From Stegostoma tigrinum (Eukaryota): a stretch of DNA of 64,000 bases. Positions 37,606-49,250 of the stretch are shown here, in pieces. The notes under the pieces were generated by a model. That model was given only the letters and a program-made list of their open reading frames with translations, was not told the DNA's origin and did no database searches. The first letter of the stretch is position 1. Each line of letters opens with the position of its first letter. The position numbers and the translations under genes are program-made. The DNA lies in NCBI RefSeq assembly GCF_030684315.1, contig NC_081385.1, positions 19,993,247 to 20,057,246 of the forward strand, written 5' to 3'.

Positions 37606-37630
37606 ACCACACTCGCCATGCTGCTCCCAT
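37606..37630 (-). CDS. Probable start of the Ly6/uPAR signal-peptide exon (MGAAWRVW..., continues into the gap)
   Basis: ATG at 37630 in tgcATGG context, TTTATAAG about 70 bp upstream, at the position expected for the leader exon. Confidence 0.55.
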
Positions 37631-37974
37631 GCACGTCCTATCCAGTTTTTTTGAGGTGGTAAGGATCTGGGAAGATTTTATGATGCTGAAGAACTCTTAT
37701 AAAGTTCTTTAAAGGCACAACTTAACAAAGGGCAGGAATGATCACTTAAGACTTCTGGTCACATGGTTTACAGACAGGTTAGAGAGATGATTACAAGGAG
37801 TTGGGGGTAACAACATTGGGTAAATTAGAGTTCACAACACTGAGGAGCGCTGGTATATTGGAAGGATCATCGAATCTAACACCATAGATGGAGGGAGCTA
37901 GGGAACAGAAAAGGAGCAGTCACACTGCTGGAGTATACAAGAGATGTCTAAACAGTGAGAATCGTAGGATCATA

Positions 37975-38420
37975 CAATACAGTACTTTAGTACCTGTAGG
38001 TTTGTACCATCAAAATATAAACCACTACACTCGTCCCATTTTCTTGCATTAGGCCCATAGTTTAAATATAATGACACTTCAAGTGCTCATCCAAATACAT
38101 TTTAAAGGTTTTGAGGATTTCCCGCCTCAAATACCTCCTATAGGCACTGCATTCCAGATCTCTACCATCCTCTGGATGAAAACTATTTTGCTCAAATCTC
38201 CTCAAAACCTTCTGCCTTTAATTTTAAAAATGCTTCCACCTTCTTCTCAATGCCTCGACTAAAGGGAATAGCTGTTTTCTATCCACCCTGTCCATGTCCC
38301 TCATAATCTTATACACCACAATCAGGTGCCTCCTCAAACCTTGTCTGTTCCAAAGAAAATAACCTGAGCTTATAGCTAAAATTCTGTATCCAATGGCAGC
38401 ATCCTGGTGAATCTTGTCAG
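37975..38420 (-). mobile_element. Decayed CR1 3' fragment
   Basis: GLRRHLIVVYKIMRDMDRVDRKQLFPLVE in ORF 38224-38538. Confidence 0.75.
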
Positions 38421-39106
38421 CACCTGGAGAGTGTGGGTGTTTATACATATGAATGTGTACTTGCATCTTCTCTCTCCCAAGTAAAGGCAGATGAGAAGTA
38501 CTTGTTGAAAACACTCTACCAGTACCCTCTGACTTCACTCATGGATTGCCTCCTTGGTCTCCGATAGGCCTTGGTCTTCCCTGGTTGTTATCTTTCCCTT
38601 GATATCCTTGTACAATATCTTTGAATTCTTGCAAATCTTGCCCACCAGTGTTTTCTGAGTTGCAGTAGAAGAGCAAATACGTCGACAAGTTTGCTGAAGC
38701 TTGCAATAACTAGCATGGTAAGAGTAGGGGATTTTAGTAACTTTGATATTAATTGGGATAAAATACAAACTTATCAAGGATAGAACAGAGGACTTCCTAA
38801 CTAGTGAAAAGGTAGAAACAATAGTGGTCCAAAGAGACCAGAGATTTAATGTCAGATCGTAAACATGAAGAAAATAATTAAAAGACTAATGCTACCCTTT
38901 ATGTCAAGAAGAATTGAATAGCAGAGTGTAGAAGTCATGCATCAGCCCATACCCGGAATATTACGTGTAATTTTTGGCACCTAACCAAGGATACATTGAC
39001 CTTTGAGGGAAAACAGTTAGATTTGCTGAAAAGAAACTGGAGGAGCAATCTCCAGACAAGGCACTTTCCAGCCTTAAAGTTCCACACCTTTAAAATGTGA
39101 AACAGA

Positions 39107-39765
39107 TAGTAAGAACTGCAGATGCTGGAGAATCTGAGATAACAAGGTGTAGAGCTGGATGAACACAGCGGAACCCAGCATCAGAGGAGCAGGAAGGCTG
39201 AAGTTTCAGGCATACACCTCTCTTCAGAAAATGAAATGAATGAGAATCATTTCTTCCCTTTCTTTCAGTTTGTCATCATGTCCACCCCTCCCCCATCCTA
39301 GTTACTGCCTTTTCTAGTCTGGCAGGAGACACACCATTGTTCTGTCATTGTCATTTTCACATTCCAATGATTTAATCTGAACTATCAACAATTTTTCTCT
39401 GCCAGCACCCTACACCCACTACCCCCACACTCCCATCCCCCAAAACTATAACATATGTGCCATGAGACAGTAGGTACTGCAGATGCTGGAGAATGTGAGA
39501 TAACAAGGTGTAGAGTTGGATGAACATAGCAGGCCAAGCAGCATCAAAGGAGCAGGAAGGCTGACATTTTGGACCTAGACTCTTCTTCAGAAACAAAGAA
39601 ATAAAATGCCATCTCCTCCACACTTCACTTCAGCTCTGATGAAGAGTCATATAGACCTGAGATGTTAGCTTGCTCTCTCTCCATGGATGCTGCCTGACCC
39701 ACTATGATCTCCAGCAGTTGTTGTTTCAGTACAGATTCCAGCATCTGCAGTAATTTGTTCCCTAT
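39107..39765. mobile_element. Cluster of PLE fragments: two minus-strand ends (39107-39230, 39466-39592) around and within a plus-strand PLE 3' relic
   Basis: Repeated 'actgcagatgctggagaat.tgagataacaaggtgtagag.tggatgaac'; decayed hammerhead-like 'agctctgatgaagagtcatatagacctgagatgttagct' at 39632-39670. Confidence 0.75.
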
Positions 39766-40696
39766 ATCTATATCCCAGCCACCTCACAATGAAGGGCCAA
39801 CATCCTTCTTAATCACTTATGTACCTGCATGCAAACCTTTTGTGAACTTGAACTGCTCAGTTGGCATAGAATACACAAGGTGAAGGTTCACCAATGCCCT
39901 ACAGCAAGGCTTCTCCACTATTATACTTCATCTCCCTTTCAGTAAAGGCCAACATTTCATTTTCCTTCCTAATCTCTTGTTATGTTTGCATGCTAACTTT
40001 CAGTAATTCATTTGCAAGGACAACCCTAATAAAAGTAACCCCAGAAATGATTTTAAGTGCATTTTCATTTGTACGATTACAATTAATAAGTCTCAATAAA
40101 GATTCATTTGATGAAAAGAATTTAAAACCCAGTATATTAAATTCTTACCAGTGAGAGAGCAAAGAGCTACAATGATCGCTCCTGTAATGAATTTCATTCT
40201 GACCTTATGCTTAGTTGCTGATTTCTAATCTTCCTTCTTCTCTGTATTCCCTAATGAGAGTGAAACAACAGAATCATTTGAGTCTTATAAAAATAGACAT
40301 CATGTAACTGTTGTAGCTGAAATAAGATTTCATCCCCAAAATCAGAAACATGTAATTAGATTTACTTCCTCAACCTTAGCTAACATATTGATAGATGACA
40401 CTGACTAAACTGCTGAATTGATACATTAGGGCTACATTCTTAATCTCTGCACCATACACTTTAGGAGGACCACTAGACTATTGAATTGAATTAGATGCTC
40501 CCAACTAATGCAATGATATTAGAGTTGTTCACAATGTCTTTTAATTAGGAATAAGAAATTTAGCTACTTTGTTTTTAGAAATTAGACCGTGAGAGGGCAG
40601 AATTGGTGAGGTTGATGCATGTGACATCATCCCTGCAGGTTGATTTCCGTCAAGTGCCCATCCAATTTCCTTATGAAATAAACCAGAAGACACATG

Positions 40697-40880
40697 ACAC
40701 CAGGTTATTGTCCAACACGTTTATTTGAAATCACGAGCTTTTGGATCACGGATGCTCCATCAGATGACTTCTCCTGACGAAGGAGCAGTGTTTTCAAAAC
40801 TTGTGATTTCAAATAAACCTGTTGGACTATAACCTGGTGTTGTATAACTTCTGACTTTGTCTACCCAGTCCAACATTGGC
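40697..40880. mobile_element. PLE-type fold-back relic (arms ~40697-40742 and ~40796-40840)
   Basis: 'acaccaggttattgtccaacacgtttatttgaaatcacgag' versus 'cttgtgatttcaaataaacctgttggactataacctggtgt', with central 'ctgacgaaggagc'. A single arm recurs at ~46075-46190. Confidence 0.75.
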
Positions 40881-43514
40881 ACTTGCACATCTTTCGAAGT
40901 AAGGCATTGTCTCTGCTTCCATTGCTCTCACAGGCAGTGAGTTTCCTCTCCTCAAAGGCACTGTTTTCGGTTGCCAATGAAGAGCAATTTTCCCAAGCTG
41001 CTGGTTGTTTACTAGAGACAGAGTGGCCCATCAGTTTCATGGCAGACTGCCAACTTCATGAAGGTGGTCTCCCAGCAGCTGGCTGGGTGGTAGCACTCCA
41101 CAGGGAGGGCCTCATGATGCCAATGCTGATGCTGGAGGGTTTATCCTCCATTCCGCTGGCCCTGTGTTCTTCGGAGGCGGCCTCAAAATGACTCTGAATT
41201 GCCTCCTTCTGGCAACATCATCTACGAAGTGCTACGTCCTGTGTAAGAATGTGAGAACCACCCTGATGGCTGAAACTCCAGCACTTCAACAAAATCCCAC
41301 TCTCTCCATAGGTAAAAATCCTGCCTGGCCCCTCCTGACATTCCTGTGTGCTTGATGAAAACAAGATCGAAGCCCAGGCTGCACACGACAATCTCCAGGA
41401 GGCAGAGTCCACACATCAACTTTGGAATTCTCATACCCACTTGCTACTTGTTTTAAATCATTGCAGAATCTATCTCCTTCCCCATTTGGTGTTCCAATAT
41501 ATTTGTCATCAATATAAATTTACAGTGCTGGGAAATAGTGTGCACATGATCAGTAAACTCAGAAAGAAGTATGATAACAACTAGGATTTATTTATTTACT
41601 TCCTTTCTTAGAACATCCACAAATTTTTAACAAGATGAGCTTCACAGCTCTAATGACAAAATGCTGCTAAGTTTTAAGACACATCAAAGATTAAATTGAC
41701 TTCAATAGTAGATTACTTAGCAATACAGGACAATATACATTATGTACAAAATGGAGTAAACTATTTTCCCCACAGAGACTGTTCAAGATTAACTAAACTG
41801 TGGAGCTAGCCTGTCTGGATTACACATTTGTGTATGCCTATGGTTTCTAGCTGTGAATTAATTGTGGTCATTCTGATCTAAAAATCGTTTGCTTTAATCA
41901 ATATACTTTCAGCACATGGTTTAGTCAAACCCTGCCTTAATCTTCTTTTCTTTATCAAGTTCAGTTTGGAGGGCTTCAAAACTTAGTGATTGAAACCTGG
42001 AACTGTAGGATGAAATCTTAAATAGAGGGACATATGTAAAAGCTGACATGGCACTATTTGAAGGAATTGCAGCTTCCTTGGTTTCCAGACACAGCCTCCC
42101 AATATCACCGGCCATTTCTTGGTGATTTATTAATTCAGATGCTGTTTAAAGATTTTGTGTGTTTGAAAATACCTGCCTACACAATAACAATTATACTTCT
42201 AAAGTAGTTCACTGGTGGTAGAGAATTTTAGGAGCTCTGAGGATGTGAATGGTTTTATGTTCTTGTTTCACCCTCGTGGTTGTTCTCTGAATGTCTCCAT
42301 GGAATGCAGATATCTTTGAAGGTAACATGTCCAATTTTAGAAAGAAACAGCATCAGTATTGTGTTAAGCTAATGCTGCTGTTTCAACTTTTAGTTTGCAA
42401 GCCCCTATGGTAAATGTGTTTCTGCTTCTAACTTCTGCGTTTACTTAATCTACAGGGTTTTCAGTACCTTTGCTGATGGTCAAAACCACTGAATGTGAAT
42501 GGTAGAATGACTGATGTCTATTGTTAGGTTAATAGCTATAGACTTAGTAAGGGATGTCCATATTCCTTCAACAATCGACCAGCCAAAGGCCTAGTTCAGC
42601 AGTGCCTGGTGACTGAAACTGGGGCCTTTCTGGTCAGAATTGTTGTACCCACTTAGCTTGAGCAGTTTCAGTGAACTGCCTTCATCATAAAGGGCAAAAA
42701 TAGCCAGATTGTTAGAGGCAATTTGATGATTGAAATCACAGCTAATTCATAAAGCTTTCTTACCATTTAATTTTAAAGATCAACATTTAATATATTACAG
42801 ACATAATAAATAAATACAATTATTAAGATATGGTTTAGCTTCTTCAGTCAATATCTTTGAAAAACTTTTGTTGAGAAACTTTTTTTTTCAAACAAGGCCT
42901 ACCAAGTTCTTAACATTTTCTCTTCGGCTTACCTCTTCCATGGGCTTATCTGACCTTTGCCCTATTATTACATACCTTGTAATATAGTGTAAAAGAAGAA
43001 AAGTACTGCTACAAAATATCAAACATGGATAGAGTCAGGGTAATAAACAAAGTTTTGGGACTTTTAACATGTTTTTATCAAGTTTTGTGACTTCTGACTA
43101 TTCACAATTTACTTTGCAATTCGGATTAGCACATCCTAGAATATTAGTGTTACTATGGCTACATGTATGATGCAAGCACATCAGTTAGCTGTTTAAAATT
43201 AACTGCTGTGATAACGTCACATTACAATGATTGGGCTTTAGCTGAAATGATTGTGATGCAACTTGAAACCCAAACGAATTATGATGCTACACTCTTACCT
43301 CATCTTGTGTTTAGGAGAATAACATGTAGTAGCTCTAAGGTGGAATTGCACAGGACCCAATGCGTTAACACTGGCTCTCCCTCCACAAGTGCTGCCTGAA
43401 CTGCTGAGTTTCTCTAGCATTCTTTTTCTTAATTTTTGACTTCAACATTTGCAATATTTTGCTTTTCATTCAGTTTCTGTGAGCAGTTTTCTGACAACGT
43501 TTTGGAGTAATTCT

Positions 43515-44237
43515 GAGGACCCAAACATACCTTCCAGGTATGTCACAGAATCTAGCCTACTGCATTCGCTGCTCACAGTGTGGTCTCTTCTACATTGGGG
43601 AAACAAAGTGTAGACTTGGTGATTGCTTCGCAGAACATCTACATTCTGCTCACGAAAAAGACGCGGAACTATCTGTTGCCTGCCACTTCAATGCACCACC
43701 TTGTTTCCTGGCCAACATCTCTGTCTCTGGCTTACTACAGTGTTCCGGTGAAGCCCAATGCCAGCTGGAGGAACAACACCTCATTTTCTGCTTGTTGACC
43801 CTACAGCCCTCCGGACTCAACATTGAGTTCAATAATTTTAGGGCCTAAACTCTCCCATATCCCAATCCCCCCACCCACACACCAGGCCCTGTTACAACAC
43901 AGCCTGCCACAACACGCCCACTGTTGTTAGTCACTAACAGGCCGCATTAACAACTATTCACCCTTCCAGCCTGATCGTTATCAACTCCTTTGTCCAACTG
44001 TTCTTCTCTCTCTTTGGGCTCTATCAGATCATTTACTCACTACCCCACCCACCTCCCTATTTTCTGCATAGAAGCTGATGTTTCCCACCCACCATCTGTT
44101 CTGAAGAAGGGTCACCAGACCCGAAACATTAACTCTGATATTTTCTTCACAGATGCTGCCTTACTTGCTGAGCTTTTCGAGCAACTTCTGTTTTTGTTTA
44201 TGATTTACAGGACCTGTAGTTCTTTCAGTTTTTGTTT
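43515..44237 (+). mobile_element. Penelope-like retroelement 3' part: GIY-YIG endonuclease plus terminal repeat
   Basis: ORF 43540-43848 reads NLAYCIRCSQCGLFYIGETK.RL...FAEH...VACHFN...EEQHLIF.L.TLQPSGLN, a PLE GIY-YIG domain with CxxC. Confidence 0.92.
44098..44133 (+). ncRNA. Minimal hammerhead-ribozyme-like motif in the PLE terminal repeat
   Basis: GUU CUGAAGA A GGGUC-acca-GACCC GAAAC AUU AAC: core boxes, perfect 5-bp stem II, stem I GUU/AAC. Confidence 0.6.
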
Positions 44238-44296
44238 AGAATCACACTGTATAATAGCTGGATACAAGACCTTATAAAGAAATGTCCAGTAAGTTA

Positions 44297-44572
44297 TGGT
44301 GACTCAGTGGTTAGCACTGCTGCCTCACAGTGCCAGGGACTTGGGTTTGATTCCATCCTCAAGTGACTGTGTGGAGTTTGCACGTTTTCCCTCTGTCTGC
44401 GTAGAGTTCCTCCCACGGCCCAAGGTTTGTAGGATCAGTGGATTGGACATGCCAAATTGCCCGTACTGTTCAGGGATGTGTAGATTAGGTGGGTTATAGG
44501 GGGATGGGTCTGATCCAAGGTTCGGTGTGGACTTGTTGGGCCAAAGGGCCTGTTTCCACACCGTAGGAATTC
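44297..44572 (+). mobile_element. HE1-like SINE, followed by a CR1 3' fragment to ~44920
   Basis: Head 'gtgactcagtggttagcactgctgcctcacagtgccagggacttgggtttgattcc' and tail 'gggccaaagggcctgtttccac'. Confidence 0.88.
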
Positions 44573-46605
44573 AGTGAAGTTGGACCAGTACTCTTTGGAG
44601 TTTCGGAAAAATGACAGGCAACCTTATTGAAACATACAAGATTCTTAGGGGAGTTGACAGGGAAGATGCAGACAGCATCTTGTGACAAGAGTCTAGGACT
44701 AGAAGGCATAGTGTCAAAATAAAGTGTCACACATTTAAGAGAGTAATGAGGAGGAATTTCTTCTCTTATAGGGTAGTGAATCTATGGAATTCTTTATCGC
44801 AGAGGACTGTCAAGGCTGAGTTGCTAAATATGTTCATTGCTGAGATTAAGGGTATCGAAGCTTTTGGGGAAAAGGCAGGAAAGTGGATTTGAGACTTATC
44901 AGATCATGATCTCATTGAATGTCCCTTTGCTTTTTTTTTTATTGGCTGTCCTTGGGCCTCCCAACAAAATGTATAATTTCACATATGACCACCCATTCAA
45001 CCAGTGTATGCCCTTCTCTTGAAGTCTCCCAGTGTTGACCTGACATATCACTGTACTCACCCATGTCATCTGCGAACTTTAAAACTGCATCTTGAACATA
45101 CAGGTCAAGCCATTAATAAATATCAAGGGCCAAATACTAACCCTTGGGTAGCCTCACTGCATTCTCTCCTCCAGTCTGCAAAACATCTTTTTACCATACT
45201 CTGTTTCCTATCCCTGTCAACTTTGTATTCATGCTGTTTCTTCTCTTCTTATTCCATGAGTTTCATGTTTGCTGTCAAATCTACCATGTGCCATTTCATG
45301 AACTACCTCCTGGAAATCCAAATACTCATTATTTTCATTTCCCCTCTTTGTCATCTTCATCACTCAAATCGGTAATCTCAATTTGTCTTTATTTTATCCA
45401 TACTAACATCCCTTCATTAATTTACATATGTCTCAGTTTCTAATTTTGTACCAGATTAACTCATGGTTAACATAACTAGCCTGTAACTATTAGACTTATT
45501 CTTGTATTCTTTTATGAGCAATGTATAAACATTTTCAATTCTCCAGTCCAGTGGCACCACCTTAAAGAACCAAAAGTTTCTAGTCAGTACCTCAGCGATT
45601 TCCACTCTTACTCCCATCAGCATCCTTAGATGCATCTTCTCCTGCCTTGGCAATTCATCAGTTTTGAAAACAGCCTTTCTAATACCTTGTCCTTATCCTG
45701 TACATATCAGAAGGGGTTGAAGATTTCTGTTCAATTTCCCAGCCCTGTCATTTCTATCTGTTTCCATTCTTTCATCCTGTTTCTGACCTACTCTTGCACT
45801 CAAGCCATTGCTTCTTTGAGGTGCCTGAATCCTTTTTATCACCAGTAATTTTTGTCTGACATTGCTTTTTAAAGCTTCTCTGCATTCATCCATTCTGCTC
45901 TGCACCTTTACTTTCATTCCAGGTCTTTCCATGAGCTCAGTCTATTTGTCTTCTTCTTTTCTCAGTCTATTTTTCTCTCCGTCTCACATCTGGTTGTTTC
46001 ATATTTGTGTCGTCTCGATTCTTTCAATTTAAATGTTTCCTTTTTTCTGTCAATTTGATGTCAATTTTCAGTATGTGGAGACGCCAGTGTTGGACAGGGG
46101 TGATCAAAGTCAGAAATCACACAGCATCAGGTTACAGTCCAACAGGTTTATTTGAAAGCCCAAGCTTTCGGAGTCTGGGTCTTTCAGGTGTTAGTGAGAC
46201 AGGCAGTATCAGACAGAGAATTTATTAGTAAAAGATCAAAAGTTCACACCATTGATGAAGATGTACTAAACAACCAAAGATGATGTTAAATTTTTAATCA
46301 CGTAGATTTTAATTGATTAATATGTACATGTAAACTTGGGGTTAAATTATTTATTTGAATGCTAAAATAAATAGGGCTAAATTTCACCAGCTAAGTATGT
46401 ACTTTTGTTGTTATACATATACTTCAAGGGCAAACTGAATGTTTATCAAGTTTCAGTTCTGAAATGTTATGCTGGTGATGATATAGACACAATGGCTTAC
46501 AGTACATCTTCATTTGAGAGCAAACTCTCTGACAGCAATGCATCTGCATAGAAAGAATATAGCAATACATAAATAAGCCTCTGTTTGTAATGATGTCTTC
46601 CAAAG

Positions 46606-46731
46606 TTAGCTTCCTGCAGAAGGGGTATTTTCATGCAGGTTTTGCAAGGCTAAATCAGTCCACTTCATGTCTTGTTCGTTAATGGATTCAGTTGTTCCTC
46701 CATTATCCTGTTCAGGTTCTGGAAGTTCACT
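46606..46731 (-). CDS. ANAPC13: Anaphase-promoting complex subunit 13, last exon (SELPEPEQDNGGTTESINEQDMKWTDLALQNLHENTPSAGS*)
   Basis: cttttgtag| acceptor, phase 0, 126 nt. ELPEPEQDNGGTTES..EQ.MKWTDLALQ.LHEN matches APC13. Minus-strand AATAAA at 46350-46355. Confidence 0.97.
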   Translation of the reverse strand, partial: SELPEPEQDNGGTTESINEQDMKWTDLALQNLHENTPSAGS

Positions 46732-46852
46732 CTACAAAAGACAAAGGAAGAACACAATTATTAAGATCACTATCTTAGTTCACGAAACTAACTTCTGGGT
46801 TCCAATGATTGTCCTATGGAGAAAGATTAAATAGACTGGGTCTATGATATGG

Positions 46853-47060
46853 GATAACAAGGTGTAGAGCTGGACGAACACAGCAGGCCAAGCAGCATCA
46901 GAGGAGCAGGAAGGCTGACGTTTCAGGCCCTTCCTGAAGAAGGGTCTATGGCCGAAACGTCAGCCTTCCTGCTCCTCTGATGCTGCTTGGCCTGCTGTAT
47001 TCATCCAGCTCTACACCTTGTTATCTCAGATTCTCCAGCACCTGCAGCTCCTACTATCTC
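46853..47060. mobile_element. PLE-derived fold-back insertion (~72-bp inverted arms) inside a CR1 relic (~46780-47465)
   Basis: 46853-46924 is the near-perfect reverse complement of 46954-47025; flanked by tgggtctat and tgggcctat. Confidence 0.88.
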
Positions 47061-48210
47061 TGGGCCTATCATCTTTCGAGTTTTGAAGAATGAGGGGTGA
47101 TCTCATTCAAAACGTACCAAGTTTTTACAATGATCAACAGGGCATGTGCTGGAAGGATGTTTCCCCTGGCTGTGGTGCCTACAGGCAGGTACGCAATCTG
47201 AAATTAGGAGGCAGCCCATTTAAGGACTGAGAAGAGGAGAATGTTCTTCACTGAGAAAATGGTGAATCTTTGAAATTCTATGCCCTAGATGGGCAGCCAC
47301 TGAGTATTTTCAAAATTGAGACTGACAGATTTCTATATGTTTAAAACAAAAGAGATATAGGGGTAGTCCAGAAAAAAAATGGTTTCAAATAGAACATCAG
47401 TCATGATCTCACTGAATGGTGGAGCTGGAATGTTCAGCTAAATGGCCTACTCCTGCTCCTATTACGACCCAATAGATTTTCCAAGGCGATGGGCCACTTC
47501 AAGTTTTAATGACCCAAGAGACGCTAACAAGTAGAACTTACTTACCTCTACTTCTACTTCTAATGGTGTAGTATGTGACATTTCAACAACCAACTTCTCC
47601 TGAACAGCATTTACTTGTAGTTAAAAGAAAAGGACAATAACACCATTAAAAATTCCAGCACCTCCAAATGTATAGGGCATATGACTCACACAAATTTCCC
47701 AATGACCTTTACTTGAATAAACGTGACACACATTTTTAAAAAAACGAGATAGCAACAAGTAATAAGCAACAAATTAAAACCAAAAGCTGTCAGACACAGC
47801 AGCCCATTGTGTCTGCTCCACCATTCAATGAGATCATGGTTGATCTTACAACCCTCAAACTCCATTTCCCTGCCTTTTCTTCATCGCCCTTTATAATTTA
47901 TACACCAGCTTCCCTTCCTGCTTCTCGGTTTTATATGTTCAATACAGAGGTTGGCTTTTCTGACACAATTACAACCCTAAAAAAATTTGGAATCTACACA
48001 AAAACAACTAGAAAAGTCTGTTTTATTTGCCAAAATAGGAGGCAGACTTGTTTTCATTTTGCCACACATATGTGGGGACTGCTGTCACTTTTTAAACTGT
48101 TTTTCATTCCAATCACATTTTATCTTTTTCATTCCAAAACTAATAACAATGCACCTTCATACAATTAATATTATTTTAAGATACTATACAAATATAAATT
48201 CTGTACGTAC

Positions 48211-48309
48211 TAGTGGTATTTCCACATCTTCATATGGCAGTTTGTCCTCACGCCATGCATCATCAATAAGATCCAGAATTCTGCCATCTCTTTGTACTTC
48301 ACTGTCCAT
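48211..48309 (-). CDS. ANAPC13: ANAPC13 first coding exon (MDSEVQRDGRILDLIDDAWREDKLPYEDVEIPL); exon extends to 48324 as 5'UTR
   Basis: Near-identical to the APC13 N-terminus; |gtacgt donor; gtacag| acceptor at 48325. Total 33+41 = 74 aa. Confidence 0.98.
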
Positions 48310-48489
48310 GTGTCTTGGTTGACACTGTACGCAAACACAAAACAGAAAATACAGGATTTAGTAAACATAGAGCATACGTGCCTGCATTTATTACACTTTC
48401 ACCCTGGCTCATCTTGAAACTTCTAGCTCCTTAGCTTTTTACTCAAAGGAAGCAAGTCTGTCCCACCCAATACTCTTATCAGCCCTGGT

Positions 48490-49250
48490 TCAGTTAGTTA
48501 CACTTTCATCTCCAAATTAAAAGATTGTATGTTAATGTTCCACTAAAGGTCTTGAGCACAAAACCTTTCATGACACCGCAGTCAGTTGCACTGTGAGAAG
48601 TGCTGTCATTTGGATAAGATATTAAACCGATATTGCATTTATTTTTTCAGATGGATGTAAAGGATCCCCTGACCCTATCTGCAAATGCAGCAGGGGTGTG
48701 ATCTGGGCATGTCGCTCAATATCTAAATTTTCAAACTCATCACAAAAAATATTATCTAGATGTAACAGTGATGCTACTTGTGGGAGCTTGCTCTGTACAA
48801 ATAGGGAGGTGGTGGCCTCGTAGTGTTGTCAATGAAATAGGAATTCAGAACCCAAAACGAATATCACACGACAATATTCTGGGGACGTACATGTTGACGT
48901 CACTATGGCAGTGAAATCTGAATTCAATTAAAATCTGGAATAGAGAGCTACCGTAACAGTAAGTGGATAACCACCACTCAATAACTCACCGGGTTCACTG
49001 CGGTCCTTTAAGGAAGGAAATCTATATCCTTACCTGATCTGTCCTAGATATGACTCCAGATGAACAGCAATGCGGTTGATTCTTAACTGCTTTCTAAGTA
49101 GTTAGGAATGGGCAATAAATATAGACCTAAGCAAATTCCACATCCTACAAAAGAATAAAAATAATTACATCAATATGCAGCAAAACTTCTGGCTGCGAAA
49201 CAAGTTGTAAAATCATGAGGTTGTGAAGACTACTAAATGAATGCAAGAAT
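48490..49250 (+). mobile_element. Deu-domain SINE interrupted by a second SINE (~48805-49160)
   Basis: Deu-like core 'gatattaaaccga..cagatggatgtaaaggatccc...tgtgggagcttgct.tgtacaaat' resumes as a tail 'tgaggttgtgaa...aatgcaag' after an inserted tRNA-headed repeat. Confidence 0.55.

Noticed and set aside
41921-42145. 64-aa ORF and TGATTTAT/E-box motifs as an exon or enhancer
   Set aside because: No homology or splice support; short motifs are expected by chance without conservation data.
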